Origin: Acidobacteriaceae bacterium
GTDB taxonomy: Bacteria > Acidobacteriota > Terriglobia > Terriglobales > Acidobacteriaceae
Assembly: GCA_003139995.1 (NCBI GenBank)
Contig: PLIC01000085.1
Location: 3,739 to 67,738, forward strand
Length of the DNA stretch: 64,000 bases
Reading direction: 5' to 3'
This document shows, piece after piece, positions 17,790-26,235 of the stretch. A model generated the notes under the pieces. The model saw only the letters and a list, made by a program, of their open reading frames with translations. It was not told the DNA's origin and ran no database searches. The first letter of the stretch is position 1. Each line of letters starts with the position of its first letter. A program made the position numbers and the translations under genes.

Positions 17790-19700
17790 TTATTTAAATT
17801 CTGCCTTCGCCACCGGATGGCCGGCCTGCGGGCCTTCTTCGAGATCGGTGTCGTCCATGGCCTTTCCCTTGAGCGCGGTCGAGACGGCAGTATCCATCAT
17901 CAATTCCGCCAAACGCATCGTGGCCTCGTTCAGCGCGTCAATGCCCCCACGGATCGCGTGGTGGTCGTCGCCATCCTTCACCGCAACCAGAGCCTTCTCC
18001 AGCGTCTCGACGTTGCGGCGTTCGTCGTTTGTGAGCTCCTGCCAGGCCTGATTCTTCTTTCCCTTTGCAAGCGCCGTCAGGATCGTATCGGCTTCGCGGC
18101 GTGCTTCAATGACTTGCCGTTGCCGGAAATCCTCTTCCGCGTAGTCGAACGACGCGAGCAGCATGTTCTCGACCTGTTCATCGGTGAGGCCGTAAGTGGG
18201 CTGGACGTCGATTTCAGCTTCTTTTCCACTGCGCTGCTCGCGCGCCGAGACGCGCAAAATGCCGTTGGCGTCGATCAGAAACTTCACTTCAATGCGCGGC
18301 AGGCCGGCGGGCATGGGTGGAACGCCCTTGAGATCGAATCGCGCAAGCGAACGGCAATCCCGCGCCAGTTCGCGTTCGCCTTGCAGCACATGAATTGCGA
18401 CGTTGGTTTGGCCATCCACCTGGGTTGTGTAGTACTGCGTTGCCGAAGCCGGGATCGTCGAGTTGCGGAGGATGATTTTATCGGTCACGCCGCCCGCCAC
18501 TTCGATTCCCAGAGAAAGTGGGGTCACGTCGAGCAACAGCATCTCTTTCGTGATGTCGGAGCCGCCGCCTAGAATATTCGCCTGCACGGCCGCGCCGAGC
18601 GCAACCACTTCGTCCGGATTCAAATCCGTGTGCGGCACGCGTTGAAACAGATCCTGAACCAACCGCCGCACCTTGGGAATGCGCGTGGAGCCCCCTACCA
18701 GCACAATCTCGTCGATCTGTTCGGGCTTCAGACGTGCGTCTTTGAGGGCCTGCTTACAGGGGCCGACGGTGCGGTCAATGATCGGCTGTATCATCTGCTC
18801 GAAAACTTCGAGCGAAATCTCCCGCTGATATTTTTTTCCATCGGGCAAATCGACATCGAGCTTCGCCGTGGGCTGCGACGAAAGAACAATCTTGGCCTCG
18901 ATTACGGCCTGGCGGATGCGCGCCACCGCTTCGCCACTGCGCCGGACTTCATTCCCGAATTCGAGTCCGAGATCGCCGCGAATGTCGTCGAGCGCAATAG
19001 CGATCAGCAGATTGTCGATGTCGTCGCCGCCGAGATGGGTGTCGCCGTTGGTGGCAATAACCTCGAAAATTCCGTCGTGCAGCTTGAGAATTGAGATGTC
19101 GAACGTGCCGCCGCCCAGATCGTAAACCGCAACAATGCCGTTCTTTTTTTTGTCCAGGCCGTAAGCGAGCGATGCCGCCGTCGGCTCGTTCACCAGCCGC
19201 AAAACATTTAGCCCGGCGATGCGGCCGGCATCTTTTGTCGCCTGCCGCTGCGCGTCATTGAAGTATGCGGGGACGGTGATGACCGCCTTGGTTACAGGCC
19301 CTCCGAAAAACCGCTCGGCATTGCGTTTCAGTTGGCGCAGTATGAAGGCTGAGATTTCCGGTGGCGTGAATGTTTTTGCGCCCAGCTTGATGCGGATGAC
19401 TTCCCCCGATTGCAAGTCGTCCGCCAGGCGGAAAGGGAACAGCTTTAATTCTTCGAGGATGTCCTCGACGCCGCGCCCCATCAGACGCTTGACCGAGTAA
19501 ACCGCCCGCTCCGGCGTCTCGATCAGATACCGGCGCGCATCGTTGCCGACTATGACCTGGTTGTTTTCGTCGAGTGCCACCACCGAGGGCACAAGGTTCA
19601 GCCCGTCTTCTCCGGGGATGACGACGGGAGAATCCCCCTGCATGTAGGCTACGAGCGAGTTCGTGGTGCCGAGATCGATGCCGACTATTGGTTCAGCCAT
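17790..19700 (-). CDS. hscA: Fe-S protein assembly chaperone HscA (Hsp70 family)
   Basis: [14 protein letters not shown]...[12 protein letters not shown]...[11 protein letters not shown] prefer ATG 19700 ([11 protein letters not shown]) to the ORF-track start at 19721. Confidence 0.9.
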   Translation of the reverse strand: MAEPIVGIDLGTTNSLVAYMQGDSPVVIPGEDGLNLVPSVVALDENNQVIVGNDARRYLIETPERAVYSVKRLMGRGVEDILEELKLFPFRLADDLQSGEVIRIKLGAKTFTPPEISAFILRQLKRNAERFFGGPVTKAVITVPAYFNDAQRQATKDAGRIAGLNVLRLVNEPTAASLAYGLDKKKNGIVAVYDLGGGTFDISILKLHDGIFEVIATNGDTHLGGDDIDNLLIAIALDDIRGDLGLEFGNEVRRSGEAVARIRQAVIEAKIVLSSQPTAKLDVDLPDGKKYQREISLEVFEQMIQPIIDRTVGPCKQALKDARLKPEQIDEIVLVGGSTRIPKVRRLVQDLFQRVPHTDLNPDEVVALGAAVQANILGGGSDITKEMLLLDVTPLSLGIEVAGGVTDKIILRNSTIPASATQYYTTQVDGQTNVAIHVLQGERELARDCRSLARFDLKGVPPMPAGLPRIEVKFLIDANGILRVSAREQRSGKEAEIDVQPTYGLTDEQVENMLLASFDYAEEDFRQRQVIEARREADTILTALAKGKKNQAWQELTNDERRNVETLEKALVAVKDGDDHHAIRGGIDALNEATMRLAELMMDTAVSTALKGKAMDDTDLEEGPQAGHPVAKAEFK

Positions 19701-20080
19701 TTCTCGTCTTTCCAAACCCAACCTTGCGAATCAAAGTTGCCGATCACGTTGGCTCGTTCATCGCGGGCATCACTTGTAATACCCATGAAGTCCAATGCGG
19801 CTGCCAGATTCTCGATAACCTGTTTGCGCTTTTCTGGGCTGAGCAGCTCCCTTTCGAACGGCGCAGCCCAATGCGTTATGTACTTGGGGCGTAAAGTAAA
19901 CAGTGGATATCCCAGAGAGACCGCGTTCATAGTGTTGTCAAAACGTACGATACGATCACCCTCAAGATACTCAACGTAAATCTGAGGCGTGTTCCACCGG
20001 ACCGATACTTCAAATCCCCACGAGCTACGCACATGATTGGGGCCGATCTTCTCGAACACGTTAAGACTCCAATGCCTCAT
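19685..20080 (-). CDS. Hypothetical protein (131 aa) inserted between hscB and hscA
   Basis: The ORF exactly fills the hscB-hscA gap. Its ATG lies inside the last codons of hscB, and its TAG lies 16 nt inside hscA. No recognisable family. Confidence 0.6.
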   Translation of the reverse strand: MRHWSLNVFEKIGPNHVRSSWGFEVSVRWNTPQIYVEYLEGDRIVRFDNTMNAVSLGYPLFTLRPKYITHWAAPFERELLSPEKRKQVIENLAAALDFMGITSDARDERANVIGNFDSQGWVWKDEKWLNQ

Positions 20081-20828
20081 TGACGTCCCGTACCAGGTTC
20101 CGGACGTAGTTCCTGCGGTTCAGCACATCGAGCATCCGGTCGAGGATCTTCCGCCGGTCGGATTTGGTTCCGTTGTCTTCGGATCTTTCTTCCACGGCCT
20201 TGTCCCACTTGCTCCACTCGGCCTTCAGCTCGTTCAACAGCGCGCCATTTTTTTCTTCCAGCGAAAGCTTGGCCTTGCCGATTTCCTCGAGCAAAGCAGG
20301 ATCGTCTTCGCCCATTTTTTTCTGCATTCGCAATTCTTCCAGATGCATATTGAGTTCGAAGACCTCCTCTAAAAGATCGGGAGGCACGGCCTGCTTCTTC
20401 AATTCCCCGGTTGCGCGAGCCTTTTCCGTCGCCTGTTTCGATTGCTCTTCCAGTTCTACGCCTTCCAGTCGCAACAGGTACTCGGTGCGTTTGATCGGAT
20501 CTTTCAGCGTGCGGTACGCGTCGTTGAGCATGGAACTTTGCTCCAGGCTCCAGGTGCGTTCTTGGGTTTCAGCTTGCCCAAACACATCGGGATGCAACCG
20601 GCGGCTCAGCGCGTAGAATTCCCTTTCCAGTTCAGCCGTGTCCAGGTTGAGCTTGCGCGGAAATCCAAAAAAAGTGAAGTAGTCCACCGGGACCGGCGGC
20701 TGCACTTTGCCGCACGAACTGCAGAAGTGCACCGCGCGCATGGTGCCGCACGACCAGCAACTTGGGGTTGCGTCTCCGGGCGCTTGTCCGGGCATGATCA
20801 AAGACGATTTGGATTCTATGTTTGCCAT
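20061..20828 (-). CDS. hscB: Fe-S assembly co-chaperone HscB (J-domain) with N-terminal Cys4 zinc-finger
   Basis: J-domain: DYFTFFGFPRKLNLDTAELEREFYALSRRLHPD. It is preceded by CWSC-x9-CSSC. Confidence 0.85.
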   Translation of the reverse strand: MANIESKSSLIMPGQAPGDATPSCWSCGTMRAVHFCSSCGKVQPPVPVDYFTFFGFPRKLNLDTAELEREFYALSRRLHPDVFGQAETQERTWSLEQSSMLNDAYRTLKDPIKRTEYLLRLEGVELEEQSKQATEKARATGELKKQAVPPDLLEEVFELNMHLEELRMQKKMGEDDPALLEEIGKAKLSLEEKNGALLNELKAEWSKWDKAVEERSEDNGTKSDRRKILDRMLDVLNRRNYVRNLVRDVNEALES

Positions 20829-20882
20829 ACAAGATTCAGGGCGAGCTCGCGGCCCGCCCTTTGGCCCTTTGACCGCTGGTTA

Positions 20883-20935
20883 TGTGGGGACGGGCTTCTG
20901 GCCCGTCCAAACGGGGCGGAGCCCCGTCTCCACAC
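20883..20935 (+). repeat. REP-like element, family B (iscA-hscB spacer)
   Basis: TGTGGGGACGGGCTTCTGGCCCGTCCAAACGGGGCGGAGCCCCGTCTCCACAC: two hairpins bracketed by TGTGGGGA/TCTCCACA. Confidence 0.8.
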
Positions 20936-20943
20936 CATCGCTA

Positions 20944-21375
20944 CTACGAGAAAGAACTCCCGCAGCCGCAGGACTTGGTTGAGTTCGGGTTCACGAACAC
21001 GAATCCTTGCTTCATCAGGGTCTCTTGGTAATCGAGAGTCATCCCGTGCAGATAGATGAAGGACTTCGGGTCCACAAAAATCCGCACATCTCCGAACTGA
21101 AATACACGGTCGCGCTCGCGCGGCTGCGTATCGAACCGTAGGTTGTAAGTCAGGCCCGAGCATCCGCCGCCCTGCACGCCCAAACGAAGCCCACCCTGCT
21201 CCGGCGAAACGCTTTCTTTCACCATCGCGGAGCGAATTTTCTTGAGCGCGTTTTCGGTCACCTGGATGCCCTTGGCCGGAGCCGTGGGCACGGCGGGTCT
21301 GAGTGCCTGATCTTCAGTGGTTCGATCCTTAGTGGTTCGATCTTTGACTGCTTCGTCTTTGACTGCTTGATCCAT
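20944..21375 (-). CDS. iscA: Fe-S cluster insertion protein IscA (HesB family) with repeat-containing N-terminal extension
   Basis: GGCSGLTYNLRFD... and C-terminal CGCGSSF. The N-terminal ~37 aa (DQAVKDEAVKDRTTKDRTTEDQ) are atypical. An internal GTG (..QVTENALKKI) could be the true start. Confidence 0.8.
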   Translation of the reverse strand: MDQAVKDEAVKDRTTKDRTTEDQALRPAVPTAPAKGIQVTENALKKIRSAMVKESVSPEQGGLRLGVQGGGCSGLTYNLRFDTQPRERDRVFQFGDVRIFVDPKSFIYLHGMTLDYQETLMKQGFVFVNPNSTKSCGCGSSFS

Positions 21376-21422
21376 GATTTGATTCTAGAAGCTTCGGGCC
21401 TCGGACTGCGAGCTGATTTCGC

Positions 21423-21483
21423 GTAGAGACGCTGCTTGCCGCGTCTCCCTTCGCAGCGGAGACGGGGCAAGCCCCGTCTCTAC
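21423..21483 (+). repeat. REP-like double hairpin, family B variant (iscU-iscA spacer)
   Basis: GAGACGC-TGCTTGCC-GCGTCTC plus GAGACGGGG-CAAG-CCCCGTCTC, bracketed by GTA...TAC. Confidence 0.75.
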
Positions 21484-21493
21484 GGGACCTGGT

Positions 21494-21910
21494 TTACTGC
21501 GCCGCCTGCACTTCTGCGGGTTTTGCGGCTTCTTGCTTCTTCTTCCAGTCGCCGATCGCGGCTCGGATCGCATCCTCGGCCAGCACCGAGCAGTGAATTT
21601 TCACCGGCGGCAAGGCCAGCTCCTTTACGATCTCAGTGTTCTTGATTTCGAGGGCTTGGTCAACGGTCTTGCCCTTGACCCACTCCGTCGCCAGTGAAGA
21701 CGACGCAATCGCCGAACCGCAGCCGAAGGTCTTGAACTTGGCGTCTTCAATGATGTTGGTCTGCGGATTCACCCTGATCTGCAGCTTCATCACGTCGCCG
21801 CACTCGGGCGCGCCGACCAGGCCGGTGCCCACATCGGCCCCCTTCTTGTCCATTGAGCCCACGTTGCGTGGACGGTTGTAGTGGTCGATCACTTTATCGC
21901 TGTATGACAT
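21494..21910 (-). CDS. iscU: Fe-S cluster assembly scaffold IscU
   Basis: MSYSDKVIDHYNRPRNVGS...GAPECGDVMKL...FGCGSAIASSS...HCSVLAEDA. ATG 21910 is preceded by AAGGAG. Confidence 0.92.
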   Translation of the reverse strand: MSYSDKVIDHYNRPRNVGSMDKKGADVGTGLVGAPECGDVMKLQIRVNPQTNIIEDAKFKTFGCGSAIASSSLATEWVKGKTVDQALEIKNTEIVKELALPPVKIHCSVLAEDAIRAAIGDWKKKQEAAKPAEVQAAQ

Positions 21911-21946
21911 CTGCAATCTCCTTGGGAACTCTAAACTTAAACGCGA

Positions 21947-22006
21947 CCCCTCAGGGGCTAAAGCCCCAGTTCATCCGGTTCGAAACGGCGCGGCTGAAGC
22001 CGCGCC
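21947..22006 (+). repeat. REP-like element, family A, copy 4 (iscS-iscU spacer)
   Basis: CCCCTCAGGGGCTAAAGCCCC plus GGCGCGGCTGAAGCCGCGCC with a 40-nt offset. Confidence 0.85.
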
Positions 22007-22016
22007 CCTTCAAAGC

Positions 22017-23315
22017 TTAATGCGCTTCCGCCGCCCACTTCACATTCTTCAAGTCCACACCCTCTTTCGCCATTTCGTAGAGTGGCGACAATTCGCGCAG
22101 ACGCAACACCGTCTCGACCACGCGGTCGGCCACGTAATCGATCTCGGCCTCGGTGTTGAAGCGCCCGATGCCGAAGCGGATCGAGCTGTGCGCCAGATCG
22201 TCACCCGTGCCGAGCGCTTTCAGAACATAGGATGGCTCCAGTGTCGCCGAGGTGCATGCCGATCCGCTCGAAACCGCGATATCGTTGATGCCCATCAGCA
22301 GCGACTCGCCTTCCACGTAGGCAAAACTGATATTCAGATTGCCGGGCAGGCGATGCTCCACCGAGCCATTGATATAGACCTCGTCAAGGCGGCTCATGAT
22401 GCTGTCTTTCAGCCGGTCTCGCAAACCAGCGATTTTGCAGGATTCCTGCGGCATCTCTTCCTGCGCGATGGCGCAAGCCTTGCCCAGGCCGGCGATGCCG
22501 GGAACGTTGAGGGTTCCGGAACGCATGCCACGCTCGTGGCCGCCGCCGTCAATCTGCGCCACCAACTGCACTCGCGGATTCTTGCGGCGCACGTAAAGCG
22601 CGCCCGCGCCTTTGGGCCCGTACAGTTTGTGCGCGGTGATGGAGGCGACATCGATGTTCATCTTGTTTACGTCGATCGGAATTTTGCCGATTGCCTGCAC
22701 CGCATCGGAATGGAAGATCACGCCGCGTTCGCGGCACAGTTTGCCGATCTCCGCGATCGGTTGCAGCACGCCGATTTCGTTGTTGGCCGCCATGATCGTG
22801 ACCAGAATTGTCTTGTCGCCGATGGCGCGCTTCAGGTCGTCGAGATCAACCAACCCATCCTTCTGCACGGGCAGATAGGTCACGCGAAAGCCGAGCTTCT
22901 CAAGATGCTTGCAGGTGTCGAGCACCGCCTTGTGCTCGGTGGTCGCAGTGATGATGTGGTTGCCCTTCTCGCGGTACATCTCCGCCACGCCCTTGATGGC
23001 GAGGTTGTCGCTTTCGGTGGCGCCCGAGGTGAAGATGATTTCTTTCGAAGTGGCGCCGATCAGCCTTGCGATGCGCTCACGCGACAACTCGACCGCTTCT
23101 TCCGCCACCCATCCAAATGGGTGATTGCGGCTGGCCGCGTTGCCGAACTTTTCCATGAAGTAGGGCAGCATTTCGTCGAGAACCCGAGGATCCATCGGCG
23201 TGGTCGCGTGGTTATCCATGTAAATCGGCAGCTTGATCCCATTGGGAACAGCGCGTTGTTCATTTTTATGTTCATCGTGATTGGTTAGGGTCGCCTTGTT
23301 GCCATTCGTGCTCAT
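22017..23315 (-). CDS. iscS: Cysteine desulfurase IscS
   Basis: [15 protein letters not shown]...[17 protein letters not shown]...SSGSACTS and C-terminal ..WAAEAH. Confidence 0.92.
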   Translation of the reverse strand: MSTNGNKATLTNHDEHKNEQRAVPNGIKLPIYMDNHATTPMDPRVLDEMLPYFMEKFGNAASRNHPFGWVAEEAVELSRERIARLIGATSKEIIFTSGATESDNLAIKGVAEMYREKGNHIITATTEHKAVLDTCKHLEKLGFRVTYLPVQKDGLVDLDDLKRAIGDKTILVTIMAANNEIGVLQPIAEIGKLCRERGVIFHSDAVQAIGKIPIDVNKMNIDVASITAHKLYGPKGAGALYVRRKNPRVQLVAQIDGGGHERGMRSGTLNVPGIAGLGKACAIAQEEMPQESCKIAGLRDRLKDSIMSRLDEVYINGSVEHRLPGNLNISFAYVEGESLLMGINDIAVSSGSACTSATLEPSYVLKALGTGDDLAHSSIRFGIGRFNTEAEIDYVADRVVETVLRLRELSPLYEMAKEGVDLKNVKWAAEAH

Positions 23316-23339
23316 GATTGCTCTTCTCCTTACGGGTCC

Positions 23340-23807
23340 TTACAAAATCTTTACTAACTCCGCCGGCTTCCTGGTCTCCAGTTTGTCGACCTGGATGACT
23401 TCCGGCTCTTCCTTCATTTGCGAAATCATGATGTTCTTCAGCACCTGCTCGATGCTTTCGTTCACTTTCCGCAGCGGCTCGCGAATCGTGCAGCGATTGC
23501 TCTGCCCGCATTCGCCGCGCACGGTCACGCACGACGTAATGAACAGCGGACCATCAATGGCCTTGATCACCTCGAACGCGGAAATCATCTTCGGATCGCG
23601 CGTCAGCGTGTAACCTCCGTTCATGCCATGCTGCGACCGTATCAAGCCGATCTTCGCCAGCCGTTGCAGGATCTTCGCCAGCGCTTCCTGCGGAATGCCG
23701 TAAGCCTCGGCCACATCCTTTGCGCTGCAGGCGCCCTGGTCGGCGTGCTCGGCCAGATGCTTCATGGCCATGAGCCCGTAGTCCGCTTTTTTGGTGAGTT
23801 TGAGCAT
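23340..23807 (-). CDS. iscR: Rrf2-family Fe-S transcriptional regulator IscR
   Basis: MLKLTKKADYGLMAMKHLA...AKDVAEAYGIPQEALAKILQRL, with three clustered Cys (C..C-x5-C region TSCVTVRGECGQSNRC). First gene of the operon. Confidence 0.85.
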   Translation of the reverse strand: MLKLTKKADYGLMAMKHLAEHADQGACSAKDVAEAYGIPQEALAKILQRLAKIGLIRSQHGMNGGYTLTRDPKMISAFEVIKAIDGPLFITSCVTVRGECGQSNRCTIREPLRKVNESIEQVLKNIMISQMKEEPEVIQVDKLETRKPAELVKIL

Positions 23808-23844
23808 GGGGCCGAATGCCGACCTATATGATCGGATTAAACTC

Positions 23845-23859
23845 CGACTGTTTCAGTCG
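23845..23859. promoter_or_regulatory. Candidate IscR type-1-like operator (CGACTG-N3-CAGTCG)
   Basis: Palindrome located 38-52 nt upstream of the iscR ATG. Its core GACT-N5-AGTC matches the core of the E. coli type-1 IscR motif as I recall it (ATASYYGACTRWWWYAGTCRRSTAT). Confidence 0.4.
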
Positions 23860-23879
23860 CAATTTAATCTTAACCCCGG

Positions 23880-24240
23880 CGGCGGGTTCGCGCAAGAGCA
23901 ATCAGCCATTGGGCAGATTCTAGGGCCGAACGGTAAGTTTCAGCAGGCAAACGGCTTAGGGGTGCCCACCATAAGCGTGTGTATGAGAACTCGTTTTCGG
24001 GCAACCCGGTTAAGCGAAACCCGGGATAATCCAGCCCCGCACGGGAGAATCCAGTCCTGGAGGGACGACCGAGTTCCCTCGCACACACCATAAGCCCTAA
24101 CTTTAGTCCCCGTACTAGAAGTCGATGTTCGGCACGTGATGTCGAAGTGCGGCAGTCCCAGAGAGTGGCTTCCGGGTAGGCGACCATCCAACCGCAACGC
24201 GGGTCAATGTGCAACGCAACCTTCACGCAACGCTTCGCCG
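23880..24240. ncRNA. Candidate structured RNA of unknown class
   Basis: About 360 nt free of credible CDS between the methyltransferase stop and the iscR promoter. On the minus strand there are nested complementary pairs: GCCGAAC/GTTCGGC, TTAGGG/CCCTAA, GGTGTGTG.GAG/CTC.ACACAC. Local hairpins are also present: GAGGGA..TCCCTC and CCCGG..CCGGG. Confidence 0.3.
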
Positions 24241-24275
24241 GCCACCTTCCGGCACCGCGACTTCGTAGAAAGCCT

Positions 24276-25046
24276 TCAGCCTCGGGACTTGCGCGCCAGA
24301 TAAACTGTGCGGCAACCGGGACCGATCAACGGATTGTCCTTGAAGAAGGGAGCAGCATCCCATGCTCGTAGCTGGTCAAAGCCTGTCTCTTGGAAGACGC
24401 GACGGATCTCGCCAGGATCCCAGCAGACTTCTTCGACCCGTTCGTGACGCCGTCGCCAGCAACTTCCGTCCCGGATGAACCAATTGATGTCGCTCCAGGC
24501 CCGGTCGGCCTGGCGGTTATGGCCGGTCCGCATCACGACCACCACGCCCGGCTTCTCGATCCAGGAAGTGCCCGACCAGTATCGTTCAAATCCAAGCGAG
24601 TTGTTGACGTCGAAGAAGAAGTGGCCGCCGGGCCGCAGTGCTCGTAGTACGGCCTTTGCGACCAACCGCAGGTCGGCCCTACGCGGAACATGATTGAGCG
24701 CATCATATTCGCAGGTGACCAGATCGACTGATTCCGGGAGCCGGAAATGCCGCATGTCGGCCCCAAATACGCGTACAGGCAGGTAGGCGCGACCAGCCTT
24801 CTCCCGGACAAGCCGGCACATCAGCGGAGATAGATCCACAGCGTACATTTTGATGCCCTTGCGTGCCAGGGCAAGAGCAGTCGTTCCCGTGCCACACGCA
24901 ATATCGCAAGCGGTTTCAACTTGTGGCAATATCCGGCCGAGCACGCGCGCGCGCGCTGCATCTATCGGGAATCGAGAAGACGAAAAGATTTCGTCGTAAT
25001 ACTGCGCAAGCCATCGATAAGGTCGAATAACTGAAGTCCGAGGCAT
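24276..25046 (-). CDS. Class I SAM-dependent methyltransferase
   Basis: Motif I reads DIACGTGTTALALARKG, with post-I acidic YAVDLS. Substrate unknown. Confidence 0.75.
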   Translation of the reverse strand: MPRTSVIRPYRWLAQYYDEIFSSSRFPIDAARARVLGRILPQVETACDIACGTGTTALALARKGIKMYAVDLSPLMCRLVREKAGRAYLPVRVFGADMRHFRLPESVDLVTCEYDALNHVPRRADLRLVAKAVLRALRPGGHFFFDVNNSLGFERYWSGTSWIEKPGVVVVMRTGHNRQADRAWSDINWFIRDGSCWRRRHERVEEVCWDPGEIRRVFQETGFDQLRAWDAAPFFKDNPLIGPGCRTVYLARKSRG

Positions 25047-25365
25047 GTTTGTGCCACCGATTTCTGGATTTTACGCTGCCCGTTCACCAACCGATAGCCT
25101 CTGCGGAGCTACAGCACTGGGACGAGACAGAAACAACCTGCCGCGCAGTTCCCACCGTCGCCGCGACTCGCATGAAGCAAAAAACTCTTCAGTTCTCCGC
25201 TCTCATCCCCAAGGAACACCGCCACTGGGCTCCTATCGGACTCGCTCATGGATCGAGGGCGGTTGACGGGCACTTCGGAAGGAATTCTTCCGTAAGTTAG
25301 CAGCTAGAAAGTGCGGGCCTTTGGAATGCCGTGCAGCTCGCGGTGCGCTCCGGTGAGCCCAATTT

Positions 25366-26013
25366 TCAGTCCTGCGACTGGCGTTTCAGCCCCTGCAGCA
25401 CCAGTCCGCAAATTTCGTCGGCGAAGCTTTCGTCGAGCTTGTCGTGCCGGATCAGAAAGCGCATGTAGATCGGTCCGTAGAGCGAGTCAAGAATAAGGTC
25501 GAGGTCGCAGTCCTCGGGCAGTTCGCCGCGGTCGATGCCGCGCTGCAGAGTTTGATAGGCCTGCTTGCGTCTGGGCCACAGGAACCTGTCGCGAAAGGCT
25601 TCGATCAACTCTGGGTCCGATTGCCCTCCGGCGATCAGCGCCGCCACGACCTTGCCGCGCTTGGAGCGGAAGATACGAATCAGCTGCCTCATCTGAAGGC
25701 TCATGTCCTTTTGCACGGAGCCAGTGTTCGGGAAGCGAAGTTCGTCGTCGGCACTGGCGGAGAAAGCGTCGGCGACCAGGGCGGCCTTGGTCGGCCACCA
25801 ACGATAGACGGTTGTTTTGCCAACGTTGGCATCGGCGGCAATGGCCTCAATGCTTAGTTCCGGGAATCCACCTTGCTGTTTGAGCAGTTTCACGGTGCTG
25901 TGCAGGATCGACCGACGCGACTCCTCGCTGCGTGGCCGCCCGGGGGAACGTTTCTCGCCGGCCCCATTACTTCCGTTCCGGGTCGCGGCGCTCCGGATAT
26001 GATTTTGAGCCAT
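25366..26013 (-). CDS. TetR/AcrR-family transcriptional regulator
   Basis: N-terminal HTH reads SIEAIAADANVGKTTVYRWWPTKAALV. It is divergent from the RND transporter genes. Confidence 0.85.
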   Translation of the reverse strand: MAQNHIRSAATRNGSNGAGEKRSPGRPRSEESRRSILHSTVKLLKQQGGFPELSIEAIAADANVGKTTVYRWWPTKAALVADAFSASADDELRFPNTGSVQKDMSLQMRQLIRIFRSKRGKVVAALIAGGQSDPELIEAFRDRFLWPRRKQAYQTLQRGIDRGELPEDCDLDLILDSLYGPIYMRFLIRHDKLDESFADEICGLVLQGLKRQSQD

Positions 26014-26109
26014 GGCTGAAGTCTAATATAATTTAATTCCGAAACGTACTGTTTTGAATCTAACGTGAAGGATCGCCGGCGAAGGGATCTATCCAACCGG
26101 GCTGTCCGG

Positions 26110-26169
26110 CCCTCAGGGGCCAAAGCCCGCATGTTTTTCAGCCGATGGTGGCACGGCTGAAGCCGTGCC
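26110..26169 (+). repeat. REP-like element, family A, copy 5
   Basis: CCCTCAGGGGCCAAAGCCC plus GGCACGGCTGAAGCCGTGCC with a 40-nt offset, in the TetR/RND divergent region. Confidence 0.85.
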
Positions 26170-26235
26170 CTTCCCAAAGCCATTTATGGGGTCAGCTAGT
26201 ATCGAATTTCAGCGTCACGAGTTTTTGCCAGTCTT

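Noticed and set aside
21290-21330. GTGGTTCGATCC strings resembling a tRNA T-arm.
   Set aside because: They are two tandem copies inside the iscA N-terminal coding repeat. No acceptor or anticodon stems can be drawn around them.
22020-23288. 422-aa plus-strand ORF antisense to iscS.
   Set aside because: It mirrors iscS almost end to end. IscS motifs are unambiguous on the minus strand.
23880-24240. tmRNA, RNase P RNA, SRP RNA or cobalamin riboswitch as the identity of the structured region.
   Set aside because: I found no GGGG...CCACCA acceptor pairing or tag ORF ending in ..LAA (tmRNA). There is no GAGGAAAGTCC P4 motif (RNase P). There is no GGAAGCAGCC-type SRP domain-IV motif. There is no convincing B12 box. 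The class stays unknown rather than assigned.
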